Shown here: in pieces, positions 39,810 through 54,969 of the stretch
Layout: every line of letters begins with the position of its first letter
How positions within the stretch are numbered: position 1 is the stretch's first letter
Assembly (NCBI GenBank): GCA_951406725.2
Contig: OX597814.1
Coordinates: forward strand, 45,198,001-45,262,000
DNA: 64,000 nucleotides
Direction of reading: 5' to 3'
DNA from: Octopus vulgaris
Taxonomy: Eukaryota
Notes under the pieces: model-generated
What the model was told of the DNA's origin: nothing
What the model saw: only the letters and a program-made list of their open reading frames with translations
The model's database searches: none
Position numbers and translations under genes: made by a program

Positions 39810-41640
39810 TAGTTTTATTTTTATAGCGTGCTTTCACTTCACTACCGAGCGCAGCGCTGTGTGCCTTAGGTATGTGCTGTGATTTGTTGTGATGCTATGA
39901 TGGTTATTGTATGGAAAGTGTTCTGCGTAGGATGTGTGCAGTACCTAATGGTGCAATTTTCTGTATGTTTTATGTGTTTCTAAGTCCTGGTATTTTTGTT
40001 ATGTATTTGTCTGAATATTTTTTTATCATGCCTAATGCTATGATAGGGATTGTTTCTGTTTTTAGATTCCACATTCTGGTTACCTCTATTTCCAGGTCTT
40101 TGTATTTTGAGAGTTTCTCCATTTCTTTTAGAGACACGTTGTCATCAGCCGGTATTGATACATCAATTAGAAAGCATTTTTTTCTTCATGATCTCTGACA
40201 ACTATATCTGGTCTGTTGGCCTTAATTTCTCTATCTGTGTGTATCGGCATATCCCAGAGTATGGTTGCTTTCTCGTTTTCTGTGACCTTTTCTGGTGTGT
40301 GCCTATACCATCTTTTTTCTGTTATTCCATAATGTTGGCATAGCTTCCAATGTATGTAGGTTCCAACTCTGTCATGTCTGTGAATATATTCCTTCTTAGC
40401 CAGGACTGGGCAGCTAGAGATAATATGATTTATTGTTTCTTGTCCATCTCCACATATTCTGCAGTTACTTGTAATATTTCTTTTCATTACATGTTTTTGG
40501 TAATTTCTGGTGGGGAGGCTTTGGTCTTGTGTTGCAATTAAAAATCCCTCTGTTTCTGCTTTGAGTCCTGAGCTTCTCAACCATTGCTTGGATTTTTCTT
40601 TGTCTATTTCTTTTGCTTTTAGTTTAGTCCAGTATTTACCATGAAGGGGCTTTTCTTGCCATCGTTTTATCATGGTTCGTTGCTGTTCTATTTTTAGTTT
40701 GGATTCCATTTGTTTTATAGCTTTTGTTGTTTCTTCATCTTCTTCTTCTTCTTCATGTTTATTAGGTGGTATGATTTCTTGTTTGTATTTGTCAGCTTCC
40801 TTAAATACTGAGAACAGTTTTTTGTTTTGCTCGTGTTTTGCCGCTATCTGGATCAGTTTTCCTTCCTTCTGAAGTAGATATTTTTGCAGTCCTATGGTGG
40901 TTATTTTATAGTAGTTTTCCAGCTGTATAAGGCCTCTACCACCTTCTATACGTTGTATATATAGTCTTTCTATGTCAGATTTTGGGTGATGCATCCTAGA
41001 TCCTGTCATTATTTTTCTTGTTTTCCTATCTATTTTGGTCAGTTCATTTCGTGTCCAGTTAAGGATATTGTAGCTGTAACTTATAACTGGGACAGCTCAA
41101 GTGTTGATACCTATTATTTTGTTTTTAGCATTGAGCTCTGTGTTTAGTATTGATCTAACTCGTCTATAATATTCTTTTTTTATTTTCTCTTTCATTTGTG
41201 TGTGTTGTGTCTTATCTAGTTCATGGATTACTAAGTATTTGTAAGTTTGGCTTTGGTCTAATTCTTTTATTTCATTGGTTTTATCTAGTGAGATGTTGCT
41301 ACTCTTAACTAGTTTTCCTCTTTTCAGGGTTACTTTGGCGCATTTTTCTAATCCAAATTTCATTTCTATTTCTTTGGTAAATCCATGAACTGTCTTTAAT
41401 AGTATTTCCAGCTGTTTGTCATTTGCAGCGTATAGTTTTAGGTCATCCATATATAAAAGGTGGCTGATCGTTTTGCCGTAACATTTATATCCGCATCCAG
41501 TTCTATTTAGCATATCAGATAGAGGTGACAGTGCCAAGCAGAAAAGGAGTGGAGAGAGCGTGTCTCCCTGGAATATTCCTCTTCTAATGGGGATGTCTTT
41601 GGTTTTCATGAGTCCCTCTTTTGTTTGGAGGTGTAGGACT
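39808..41640 (-). mobile_element. 5'-truncated R4/Dong-like LINE, relatively intact
   Basis: GIFQGDTLSPLLF, HLLYMDDLKLY, RLYIQRIEGGRGL, CRICGDGQETINHIISSC, NRPDIV and GTAHILRRTL. The 3' end abuts (TAA)n at ~39710-39806. Confidence 0.92.
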
Positions 41641-41922
41641 GCGGACATGCTGGGGCACCGCCTTTTAGTCGAGCAAATCAATCCCAGGACTTATTCTTTG
41701 TAAGCCTAGTACTTATTATAATTTTTTATTTCTTCTTTCAAATTTGCTTCCATTTCTTGCCGAGTGTCTTCCCGACTCCTAGGGCAAAGAAACTCATAGT
41801 ATACATTGGTAGGCCATTAAACCAAACTTAGTAGTTCGTTCATTTTTTTTTTTTTAAAGTTAAATTAAAATACATGAGCAGCAACAGTTCTCACATCGAC
41901 AATGCTCTTCTCAATACGTGTG

Positions 41923-42054
<132 letters not shown>

Positions 42055-42057
42055 GAT

Positions 42058-42208
42058 TATTTAAGACGTCGCACAGTATCCAATATCATGATGCTGTTGA
42101 GTGAAGATATTGCGTCTACCAGGGTTCTGTACTGTCTGTCAAGTCACAACAAGGGCCTCAGACAGGCAGTACTTTATGCAATATGCGTGCAATTCCAAAT
42201 AATGTTTT
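42058..42208 (-). mobile_element. Very short R4/Dong-like 3' end between (ATT)n arrays
   Basis: Minus strand reads KTLFGIARILHKVLPV*, homologous to GTARILRKVL of the neighbouring elements. Confidence 0.6.
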
Positions 42209-42214
42209 ATTTTT

Positions 42215-42300
<86 letters not shown>

Positions 42301-42891
42301 CATTATTATTATTATCATCAAAGTTGATGTAAAATGGCGGTGAATATTTTAGTCAATACTTAATATCCATTAATACCCGCCTACATCGAATTTTCCTAGT
42401 CATCCTTGCGCGGTCGATAAAATAAGTTAACAGTAAAGCATTAACGCCTTTATAATAGGCTACATCTTTCCAGCAAAATTTATGACTTTGTACCAATATT
42501 ATCAATCGTGATCTCTTTACCTAGAGATTTTAAGTTCACAGCAAAGTTGCAGTCTCGATCAGCTAATGCAGGCTGAAAAAAACTATGAATGTTATGAGAG
42601 AACTCTTTATTTCCTTCAGCTAAGATACTGACTCCTTATAGTCAAATAAAATAAGGCAATCATAATTGCTGCTGTGTTCCACTATTGAATATGTCATAAA
42701 TATCTGTTCATTCTGTTGGAAAGAATATATTGAAACTGTTTCTTTTGACCTACATTAACACATGTGAGTAGGCAAGTGGTAAGTTAAAACCAAGTCAAAA
42801 ATTGCGCTTTCGGTCTTGGTCCGATTCTCTGGTCGAATTACTGACACATACTCAGTGATCATTATCTTCGATTTTTGGCTATATTCCTTTT

Positions 42892-43093
42892 TATTCTTTT
42901 ACTTGTTTCAGACATTTGACTGCGGACATGCTGGAGCACCGCCTTTTAGTCGAGCAAATAAATTCCCATGACTTATTCTTTGTAAGCCTAGTACTTATTC
43001 TATCGGTCTCTTTTGCCGAACCGCTGAGTTACGGGGACGTAAACACACCAGCATCGGTTGTCAAGCGATGTTGGGGGGACAAAAACAGATACA

Positions 43094-43127
<34 letters not shown>

Positions 43128-43309
43128 ATATATATATACATATACACGACGGGCTTCTTTCAGTTTCCGTCTACCAAATCCACTCACAAGGCTTTGGTCG
43201 GCCCGAGGTTATAGTAGAAGACATTTACCCAAGGTGTCACGCAGTGGGACTGGACCCGGAACCATGTGGTTGGTAAGCAAGCTACTTACCACACACCCAC
43301 TCCTGCGCC
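42892..43309 (-). mobile_element. Full-length tRNA-SINE with internal microsatellite
   Basis: Reverse complement is collinear with 45601-46083. Confidence 0.9.
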
Positions 43310-43639
43310 TATGTATATCTTAAATATTTTTAAAATCGTTCGAAAGCTACAGAGCTGACTTCCTCCTTACAAACGACAAGAATATAATATTTTCATGGAA
43401 ATCTAACGACACTTTAATAGTTATGAAATTTTTTCATCTGTGGTAGCCGCCTTAATGATAACAATAAGGTATCATAGTGCAAGCGTTGCATAATTCACGT
43501 CTGTAAGTATTGTAATGTTCAATTTCGTCTACTAGCCAACAACTAATTATGTGCGCACGAGAAAGTGTGTGTGTGAGCGTGTGTTAATTTTGTTCATTCT
43601 AATATTATTTTCTTTCTTTGTAGATTACTTTATGCTATA

Positions 43640-44760
43640 TTAGGTAAATTTGTATCGATTTTACTCTTTTAAAATTAGTTCAGATCATACCCATATCTGA
43701 CACTACATGAGGTATGAATTGAAAAGGAACTCTTCAGTATTGGAAGAGGCAAGAAATATTCAATCTGGCCAGGGAAACGAAGCTTTAAGTGTCCAGACTT
43801 GTCAATGATGGTTTGAGCAGTTTCGCTCGGAAAACTTTTTTCATGTAGATTCCTCTTGTTCTGGACAGCCAAATTCCGTCAATATTAAGCTCCTGAAAAC
43901 CGTGGTTGAGGAAGATATAAAGCAAACTGCACGAGAATTATCAAAACGATTCAACTCATCACACTTCGATCATAAATAAAATTCATGAGCAAGGAAAAGT
44001 GTCTAAACTTTTGTCAGTGGGTCCAAGTCATTCGAGTGCTTCGCGGTTTAACCAAAGAGTTCCCCTTTGCTTATCATTGAAAAATAGACTTGCTACCGAA
44101 CATTTCCTGGGTAGAATCATCACGATTGATTAACGTCGGGTTCCCTATAATCATATCCAACGAAAACGACAATGGTTAGTACCCAATGAAAAATAATAGA
44201 ATCCATCGCCAAACCAGGACTACATCTGAATGGTGTTAAGCTCTGTGTTTGGTGAGATATGAAGTGTATAGTCTATTATGAAGTGTTAAAACCAAAACGA
44301 AACAGTAAACGAATTGTACAGAACTGAAAGCATTGCACAAAAAATTGCAGATAAAGCACCCGTTGTTAGTCAATCTTAAATGGTTGTTTCTCTTAAAAGA
44401 CGACATGTAGCTCAAGTAACTCAGGAAAGATTATGACACTTAATATGGAAGTTTTTCCCCATCTTCCTTACTCTCCTAACTTTATTCCATCTGATTGCCA
44501 TCTTTACAGTTCATAGCAACATTATTTAGATGGAGAACAGTTTACTAGTTGTGAAGAGTTTGAAAATAATATTGGTAGTTTCTTAGCAACGAAACTTGAA
44601 AAAATTTACGCCTGAGGGATCAACAATTTACCAGATGGATGGGATTATACTCTCAATATTAAGGGAGAATATTATCTTGATTTAATGTACCAATTAAGAC
44701 CAAGGAAGCATTTGCTTCTTTCCAATCTTGAAATGCAACAGGACTCTCTTACCAGCGTAA
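43640..44760 (+). mobile_element. Highly decayed mariner transposon
   Basis: QTARELS, FLGRIITID, KLCVW*D and PHLPYSPNFIPSDCHL motifs; TIRs are unclear. Confidence 0.75.
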
Positions 44761-45406
44761 TACGCTACTCCATTCTGTCAAGGGTGTAACTAGTGACTCG
44801 ATGTGATCGGTCGTCCCATCAACTACTAGAGCGAAACCTTATCATCTCTCTGAAAAATCAAATATCTTCCTTTTATATATGTTTTCATATTTTTGTTCTC
44901 ATATATTACTCTTCACTCTTCAACGCCTACGTCTTTAAGTTATTCCCCTTTATTGCTCCTCTCATTCTCTTTATCTCATTTGATTTTTGCTTTGTTCTTT
45001 GCTGTTTTTGTTTGTTTTTGTTCGAGCTTTTTTTTTTCTAATTACTTAGAGACCAATCTGAAAATGAAGGAATAGTTTTAATATGATAGTAACAGTATGA
45101 AATTGGTTGTATGTAGTAGCTGACACTACCCGAGTTAAAATCCGGTTCAAAAACTTTCATTATCCCTTAGAGACCATGGTGCATAAATTAATATAATAAA
45201 GCTGTTTTGTTCTTTAGCAGAGTTAATGGAAAGGAGAAATGATGACACATAAACATACGCACATATATACACAGAGCTGTGTGTATATGTGAGTGTATAC
45301 TTCATTATGAAACTCTTATATGAATGTGTATATGTGTTTATGCATTTTTGTTATTATATATATATATAATATATAATAGTATATATCATGTGTATATGAA
45401 TGTATT

Positions 45407-45506
<100 letters not shown>

Positions 45507-45600
45507 ATGCATATGTATAATACACATACATATACATGTATATAGTATACATTATATTCGTGTATATGTATATATATGTATATATATATATATGTATATA

Positions 45601-46083
<483 letters not shown>

Positions 46084-46932
46084 TACATGCATATATACAG
46101 AGTATGGGAGTAAGTAGAGTGAGTGAGTGAGTGAGTGAGTGAGTGAGTGAGTGAGTCAGTCAGTCAGTCAGTCAGTCAGTCAGTCAGTCAGTATAATTTT
46201 CAGGAAAATTGAGAATGGCAATTTGTAGCGTTAATTGGTAATGTCCTTCCTCAAAAGCATAAGCCGAGTTATAAAAGTAGGTTATTCTGTGAATCAAAAT
46301 TATTTGTTGGTGTTATACGATGCTTTCATATAGTTTTTTTTTTCTTAGATCAGGAGATTAGGACTACTGTGAAAATGCCATTATCCATTATTGTTGAAGA
46401 AATTTTTGAAGGGAATTTCTTTTTGTACCTACATTTGTATATCAAGGATGTGGTAATTTTCTTTTGTCAATACACATCACATTTCCAAACTACATAGCTG
46501 GAAGAATGTGAACATAAGAGTTTAAATCAAAGTAACAAATATATATGATTATTATTATGTCTTACTGCATATTTATGGCTAGATGGACATCGCCAACGTG
46601 ATTTTTGTTTTGTGCAATTAACATAGTGACATTCAATTGGCATGATTCAAAATACAAATAAATTGATATACTCGATCAGAATGAGAAAAGGCTACGATGA
46701 GTGCTACTTATTTTACAGTAAATGTGAAGAGGAAGCTGACAAAAAAGACACCGAAGGAGGAAAGCAGACCAACGAGGAGAACTTTTGTACCAAGCTGCGC
46801 TCATGTTTTCATGTGTTTGATGCTAATGTTTTTCTAAGTAAAGAAAAACAATCTTAAACAGGCATTTTAAAACACATAGATACATTCAGCGGAATAAAGT
46901 ACTTCAGGTTAAGAAATGCCTATGACAATGAT

Positions 46933-47108
46933 AATTATATATTTTCCTGAAAATTACATCTTCCGTACAAATATATAGTACTACACACACACACACATAA
47001 CACATAACTGATGTGTGTATGTGTCTGTGTGTGTGTGTATGTGTGTGTCAATGTGTGTAGCACTATATTTTTGTACTAAAGATGTAATTTTCAGGAAAAT
47101 ATATAATT
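46933..47108. repeat. ~176-bp quasi-palindrome
   Basis: Outer 30 bp are a perfect inverted repeat (AATTATATATTTTCCTGAAAATTACATCTT), continuing imperfectly into (CA)n/(TG)n. Confidence 0.9.
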
Positions 47109-47766
47109 GCAATTTCTGGCGTTATACATAAATGTCGTTTTTAAAAGCATAAGTAGAATAATAGAAGTTATTCTGAGAATCAAAATTATATACTGTGTTG
47201 AGGTCAGACAAGACCTTTGTTATTAGATTTTCTTTTCTGAGGATATTGGAGTTATGTAGACATCCCCAACCCAGTAGCTTCTAGGTGAAACTCTTGAAGG
47301 TCATTTCATACGAATTGTACACCTAAGACAATTTATTTTTGCCAGAACCCATTATCTCTGTAGGTTTCAATTATTGTATCATAACAGTCTAAATAAAATA
47401 GTATTTGCTTGCTATACAGTGTTCTGACGTCTTGGTACATATTTACGGTTAGATGGGCAATATCAGTGTGGTTTAATTTGCAGTTCCGACTTGGTGACAC
47501 TCTGGGGAAAAAATACAAAGCACCAATCTTGGGCATCTAGGCCAAATGCTCCAGCTGAAATTCTACAGAATAATTCTGGGAGAATTATTCTGATTTTTTC
47601 CCGTTTTTCAAGTTCATTGAAAGCAAATATGAAACAATCCCTGTTGCGAATTAAGATCAAAATGCTATGAATTGCATACATACATACATACATACATACA
47701 TACATACATACATACATACATACATACATACATACATACATACATACATACATACATACATACATA

Positions 47767-50634
47767 GGACGTGCAGGTGTAAAGGACCGTTTAAAAGGTC
47801 CGTTTTGAACGCCTTCCTCTAGAAATATGCCGACTTCTCCTGCCCAAATCGGTAACTGGTTTGTTTCTCCAATAATTAATAAGTGAAACATCTTTTACTC
47901 ACCAACGTAGCGTTATCCTGAACATATTTTAAAATATACATCTACACCACGTTGAATCTCGTTAACTTGATTATGGCTGAAACTAACACCACTTTATGGC
48001 AACCCTTCACAACGAGCTCTTGAGGGAAAGCTAATCACTTTAAAACATGAACTCGGGACGATGAGCGAGAAACTCTGCTATCACATGCGAATCTTTGAGC
48101 GAGCCAGTCTCAATTGCAAGTTTGCTTCTAACCCACAAGCATTATACAGACAGCTGAGGAAGGAAAATATTACCATTAAGAAAGCTCCCTCCCAAGAAGA
48201 TCTACAAACATTGTTGTCAAAACTTTGGAACGAAAAGAGGGATTTCATCCTGAAAATATCATGGTTAAATACAATTGAGAGAGAATACTGTACCAACATT
48301 AACAGTAAAACATATAAAATTGATGCAGAAACCTTCGCTATAGCAGTAGACAAACTGCAGAATGGGAAGGCACCTGGAAGGGAACTAATAGTTGGATATT
48401 GGTACAAGAAGCTGACATTTTATAGAAACCAATTGATATGTATGTTCAAAAGGACTATGGAAGGATATACCAAATTGGCTTGCTACAGTATGAACAAATC
48501 TTGTTGCCAAAAATGAAATCACCGAGATGGCATAAAACTACAGGCCTATTGCTTACCTAAACGTGATGTACAAACTATACACACGTAGCCTCAACCAATT
48601 ACTTCAGGACCATTGTAAGTCGAACAACATTGTAACTGATGAACAGGCTGGGAGAAAGAAGGGACTGTGGGGATGTGTCGAACAAATTTTAATAAACAAA
48701 ACTGTACTGTCTGATGTAAGAAAACAACGCAGAAACCTTGTGACAGTATGGCTTAACTATAAGAAGGCATTCGACTCTATCCCTTATTCAATGCTGTTGA
48801 AGTGCCTACATCTGGCAAAGGTACCTACTACCTTAATTGCTGCTATAGTGAGACTCACAAAGACATGAACAACTATTCTTACCCTTACAACTGAGAACAG
48901 AATAATTGTTTCCAATAGTATAGGCATTACAAAAGGAATATTCCAGGGAGATAGTCTTTCTGTACTTCTTTTCATTTTGGCACTGAATCCATAATTTTTC
49001 CTACTGTAGAAAACAAATGGTTACATGCGAGGATCTTCGACTGCTAGAAATATCAATGTAACTCATAATTTCTTTGTAGACGACCTGAAGATTTATGCTA
49101 AAAGTGTTAACAACGCCAAAAAACAAGTGGAATTAATAATAACATTTTCAGCTAATACAGGCATGGAATTTGGCCAAAAGTAATGTTTATATTTGGTTAT
49201 AGAACGAGGAAAGTCATTCCCCTAAACCCGAAACTGTACATCAACGGTCTCTCTATCTCCCCCATTTAACACAAAGAATGTTACAAGTACCTAGGCATAG
49301 ACGAAAATGTATCATATGCAGGCACTGTGAATAAAGATAGAATGACCCGAGAATACAACAAAACAATATCCCACAATACATTTGCAGTCTCAATGCTGAT
49401 TCCAATATTTGGGATAATTGATTGGTCTGTAGAAGAAATCCACTCCATAGATATCAAAACCCGCAAAATCCTGACAACTGGAAACTTCCAGAGAAACAGT
49501 GATGTTGACAGGCTCTACCTAACAAGAAATGAAGATGATGGAGGTGTGAGATCAGGCAGCACCTGATAAACAATAACAGCAAAACTAAATATATTAATGC
49601 AGTGCTGTAAAGTGAAGCGAGCAACAATGTACGAGTTGGCAGTGAACTCCTCAAGAAACACTATCTTCTTGATAATCTCCTATACAGCTGCAAAACAGCT
49701 GGGCTCTCTTACCTCAGAGAAGACCTGGGTGGAAAGTACTCAGCATACAAAAAAAGACCATGCATGTATGTTGCCCGGATGCTTGAATAACTCAGTAGAA
49801 TTGACACAAAGCGCAGCCTCTCTCGGACACAAGACCACTGCATCACATCACATTTTGAAGGCTATGCGTTTGCAATCCGGGAACATGAGATTACCACAAA
49901 GTACCTGTTGAACAAGAGAGACAGTGACGATCTTGTAAGCACAAGGTTCAACCGCATATGTAGGTTATGTCATGTTTCTGTGGAAGACATTACGCATGAG
50001 ACTAGCATCTTTCCTAAAATGTCTTCACGGTACTACCTTCCTATGTGGCACAATGTTGTTGCTAAAACAATTTACAATGCCATCCGCAAAAAAGACTGTC
50101 CTGAAATAAACTTAGAAAATCCCTCTTTTATGGAATACATTCATAAACACCAACTCAAGATATACTGGGTGGAATATTCTGTCAAATGTAAGCATAACAT
50201 GCCGGATATTGTTGTTTGTGACAGGGGAAGAAAAGGTATGTACTATCATAGAGGTTAGCTGTCCTGCAGATATAAATATCTCTTTGAAAGTCAAAGAAAA
50301 GAGGATATCTATGGACAACTGCTTTGAAACCTCCAGTTTCTATATCCAGACTATGAATTCATATTTATACCAGTAATAATTGGAGCACTAGGCTTTATAA
50401 GTAAATGCTTAAAAGAGAATCTGGATAAACCGGGATTTTCATAAAGAGAAATTGACTAGCTGAATCGTACAAGTCCAATCTGTAAGTGGAACAATAAAAA
50501 TATGCAAGACTTTTCTCAAGTTCCAAGTTTGAATTTGTCTGTGTTAACTACATCCCAAAGATGGAGCTGTGTATCTTTATTGGAAACTGGCACCATCCTC
50601 AGTGGAAGATTTATAATAAATAAAAAATATGAGG
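47767..50634 (+). mobile_element. Decayed R4-like RLE LINE inserted within (CATA)n
   Basis: KAPG..I.GYWYK, NYRPI, YKKAFDS, GIFQGDSLS, FVDDLKIY, CRLC..E.I.H and HNMPDIV..IEVSCP. (CATA)n at 47675-47766 and 50635-50717. Confidence 0.88.
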
Positions 50635-52169
50635 CATACATACATACATACATACATACATACATACATACATACATACATACATACATACATACATACA
50701 TACATACATACATACATTGAAATCAACTCGCGACTGAGTAAGCCCACTTCCAAAACATGCAAACGTACCAAGAATCCAAAACGTTCCTCTGTGTGAATTT
50801 GTTTTGAGGAGTAAAGTGTTGCACAGCACTGAACCTACTTTCAGCGCAATCAGCTATAAAATTAGTGGCACAATAAAGGTTGAGACGACCTGAAACCAAC
50901 TGCACTTCAGGTGTTTTATACGAGTTTACCTTCTACTAGAAAGAAGAACTAATGAGAACCATGGCCCTTCTCTCCCAATGATTCACATGCTAATTAACCC
51001 ATAAATGGACCCTAACAGGTACTATTACTATTATTATTACTCCGAGTCAGAGTATACCTGGGAACAATAGTGGCTAAGACGTGGTTCCCCACTCCTCATA
51101 ACTCTGGAAACCCTACTACTGGATGCAGTTTAAAGCCATACCCGTGGCATACATACAGAACTGGTTATTCTGAGCATATTCATTGACGTAATTTTTAGTC
51201 TAATACGCGAGTCTACTTGAATGAATCTACTACTAAATGATAGCTAAAATGACAATGTCAACACTACAGTAAAAGTATGGAAGCAAAACATTGAAAATGT
51301 AACCAAACTGGCAACATCAGCTCTGTCGAAGAAGAATCGAATCGAAACATCGGAAAAGGTAAGAAAATATTTTTAGTTGTAGTTATTAGAAGAATTGTAA
51401 TAATAGAGCCTATTTTTCGTGGCGTTATAAATGATCATCCAGTCCTGTTATGTTTAACTTTGAATTATTAATAAGAGAAAGGATTATCTTCAACAATGTT
51501 TATAACATTAAACATTTTTATATGCATAATTCACAATTTGTTATATCCATGTTATTTGAATGAATCAAGAAATAATGAAACTGTTAAAAGATGAGTGCTG
51601 AAATATCTCATAAATTTAGGCCGTAGTTTCCAGTTAGAACAGGAATATTCTCTTAAACAGAAATGTGATGTATAAGAATTATCTTATTAAACCTGGTCTA
51701 AAAGCAGTCTCCGACCAGAATAAGGTTTTTTGGAAGCTGAACTCCTGTATTTTTATGTGCCTGATAATAGGTTCTTGAATTTTCCATGAGCCTTTTAGAT
51801 TCGAAAATTAAACTTTTGTTTTTGTTTGTCAACGTCTTTTAAAAACTGACGTCAAAGATAACAGACAGGAGAAAATGTAGGCTATTCCTGTTATAGTAGA
51901 ATTCAGGAATAGCCAAAATAACTCTGGTTACTGTTACCAAATATAGTGTTATTAATCGTTAGCGGTTTTCACAGTTGAACTTAAACATTCGAGGTTCGAA
52001 TTCAAAGAAGGCAATATACAACAACATATTTAATTGTTATAAATTGGTAAAAGAAGCTCCCTCAATAGGCTATATAAGAAAAGTGAAATCATACTGGGTT
52101 GAACTTCATCAAGAACTAAATCTTTTTACGGCGTAATAATTACGTCAACAAGTTACATTTGCGGAACGC

Positions 52170-52720
52170 AAAAGAATAGTCGATTATGGTAACATTTTTC
52201 TTAAACGATTACACACACAAATGATACCGAATGGGCATTGTCCTAAATCAGGCATGACCACAACAACAACAGAATCTACTATACTACAACTACTATGCTA
52301 TATAGCAACCAAACTGACCGCTCTTTTCCGGCATGTACCAAGCTGACTGCCAACGCTCAGTCAGCGAATCTACCAACAACAGGGATAATAAAAAAATATA
52401 TCACTAGTTAGCAGAGAGAAGAATATAAACATTTGAAGGATAGTTTCAGTGAAACCTTTCAAAAGAAGATTAATCTATTTTTTAAACTAGCCTTTGAGAA
52501 AAGACAGCATCTAACAAACTGAATTAAGAAATAAACCACAATAACAAGCTCTAACGACGATTAACGAAATCACAGTAGAATATTTAAAGACCCCCTCATT
52601 TTGACAAATTAACTCGTGTTCATATACTCTCTCAATGACTGAAAAACACCATCTTGGAGATACAGAAGAATTAAATTAAAGAATGACGATAAAAAAAAGT
52701 GGATTTTGTAAATGAAAAAA
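52170..52720 (+). mobile_element. Possible very old Naiad-like PLE remnant
   Basis: Only faint motifs (G.IFL, ETF.K, TEL.K, L..TEK); no continuous frame. Confidence 0.25.
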
Positions 52721-53329
52721 AAGGATCGTCAATCTGAAGCGAATTATCAATCATGTGGCATTTTTATCGTATGCAAACAGACATATAAATACACTTCCCA
52801 CCAACCTAGAGTGAAAATGCAATAGAATTGTTTGGAGATAATAAAAAGAGAACATTGGAATACATATTAATTACTCTGGAACAGAAACTGAAACCATCAA
52901 GGAAATATTCCGGCATCATAAGTGAACAGCTGAAAGTAAAATTATTAACCGGAAATTCAATAGAAACCCATTAGCAACCAGCATTGACACAAGTGGGCAA
53001 TCACTAAATATCACAGCGGCTCCTTCTCAGGAAGATACAAAATCATTGATACAAAATCATTGATCCTTGTAAAGCGAGGAAGAAGTACAAGCCCTTCTAG
53101 CAGTATTAATATCAATGGTTTGGGTATTTATTTGATGAGTAACTCTACAGCTACTTCTTCCTATAATTGAACCTGTAACAAGAAGAGTGTAACCAGGGAA
53201 TATGGCACCAGAATAAAGAAAATATAACCCTCAGAACTTTCCGCGTGCACTAAACCGATACCTCACACTAACATTCGGGCACTCGATTGGACGCTAGATG
53301 AGATCCCGGCTATTGATGTTAAAATCTGA

Positions 53330-53900
53330 AAATTGTAACCTGTACCAAGAATTTCTACACCAACACCGATGCAGACAACCTTAACTTAAAACAAAAACAA
53401 GGCAACAGTGACTTAACACCTCTCCAAAAAGCCATTGAATTCCGCATCGTATCCCTTCGACAACATCTAATAAGCACCAAACGTTGAATCCTCGCCATGG
53501 ATGCAGCCTGCATGCGTTTGCATTCGATAATATGATGAGAGTTGGAAAGGGGGTTTTTAGAAAATATTCGCTGACTAATGGCCTAGAATATACTCCCAGA
53601 GAAGTTGCACAACATTAATGCAACCAATCACCAGAAGAGAGGTTGCATACATACTAGTAAAAGGTCATTCTTGGCTATATTCCCAGAGGGTTTCAAAGTG
53701 ACAAAAACATTGACAACCGGAGTCGTCAAGCCTGGACTAGCTACCGGCGAATTAGCTCTCACTTTGAAGAATATACGTTTATCTACATCCCTGTTCATCG
53801 CAAAATGAATAGGGATGCAGATACCACCAGCTAGATGCGACAACCAATGTAGTCTTTATGGAATTGACATTGAAGGTGTCATAAGTTGCTTCCCGAAGAT
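53330..53900 (+). mobile_element. Decayed R4-like fragment related to 47767-50634
   Basis: SHFEEYTF matches SHFEGYAF at ~49850, with a similar order of surrounding residues. Confidence 0.4.
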
Positions 53901-54753
53901 GTAATCAGAATTTTACGCACCTAGGATACTTGATGCCGGGAGCATAACACTATATAAGAAATCTATAGAAATGAGAAGACAAACACACAAAGCTACAGTG
54001 ATGTTGAGGGTATAATCATACAATATGAATGAATATTGGGAAATCTTTATTTATTTCAAAATTTTCAATATCTCAAGAGTGTAAAATTTCAATATTTGTA
54101 GCTATTTAGCTTCCGGTTAACCCTTTTTGAGCAACTTTATACTAGATTACGTTCCGTCTATGATCATCACGTCTTTTAATACATCTATAAATAATTTGTT
54201 TAATAAATTTATCCTTCTCTCAAAATTTTGGAATGTGATTTGGGAAAAGTTGACTACTATTTCTTCCACGTCAAGCAACTATGCAGATGCTCCTTCGTTG
54301 ATTAATTTGATTTAGTTGTCATTTTCTCATTTTCTTTTATTCTCTTCCTGATTTCAATCAAAATCCACGTATTGCTATGGTTCTATCTTCAAAGGTTCTA
54401 ATCGAGCATAGAGACTTTAAATATTTATTTCAGTTTACTCCATTCATTTTATCGATGACTATTTTATCGAATCATTGAGCTATGGACACAATGAGAACAC
54501 GCTGGTTTACACCAGTAAACATGAACACCGACACAAACAAAGACAGACATAGTTACACTCAGCTCGAACAGACGATAAAATACACTTGATCTTGTACCGT
54601 TCGGTTGGATCGACCTAAAACAACTTGGAAGCACGTTAAACTTTTAATCCATACAGGCACACCGGCTAGCGGTATTTTTTGTTCTATCCAGTACATAATT
54701 GAGCCTAACAACTGTTTATTTGAAACCACATCCCTAAGAGCTGATGTGAAATA

Positions 54754-54969
54754 CGAGGGGTGCTGAAAAGTTCCTGGCTTTAAAGGTATTGCGAAATGCC
54801 CGGTTGGAGGCTCAACTTTCCGAGTTCTTTTACAGGGCTTAGAAAAACTAAAGGATGGCTGCGATAAGTGTGTAAATCTGAGAGAGGAAGATGTTAAATA
54901 AAATCATAATTAACTGATCCTCCTGTATTTTCTTTTAACCAAAGCTAGGAACTTTTCCGCAACCCCTGG
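54754..54969 (+). mobile_element. Mariner-derived MITE (216 bp)
   Basis: TA-CGAGGGGTGCTGAAAAGTTCCTGGCTTT ... AAAGCTAGGAACTTTTCCGCAACCCCTGG-TA. Retains the transposase C-terminus GLEKLKDGCDKCVNLREEDVK*. Confidence 0.85.
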
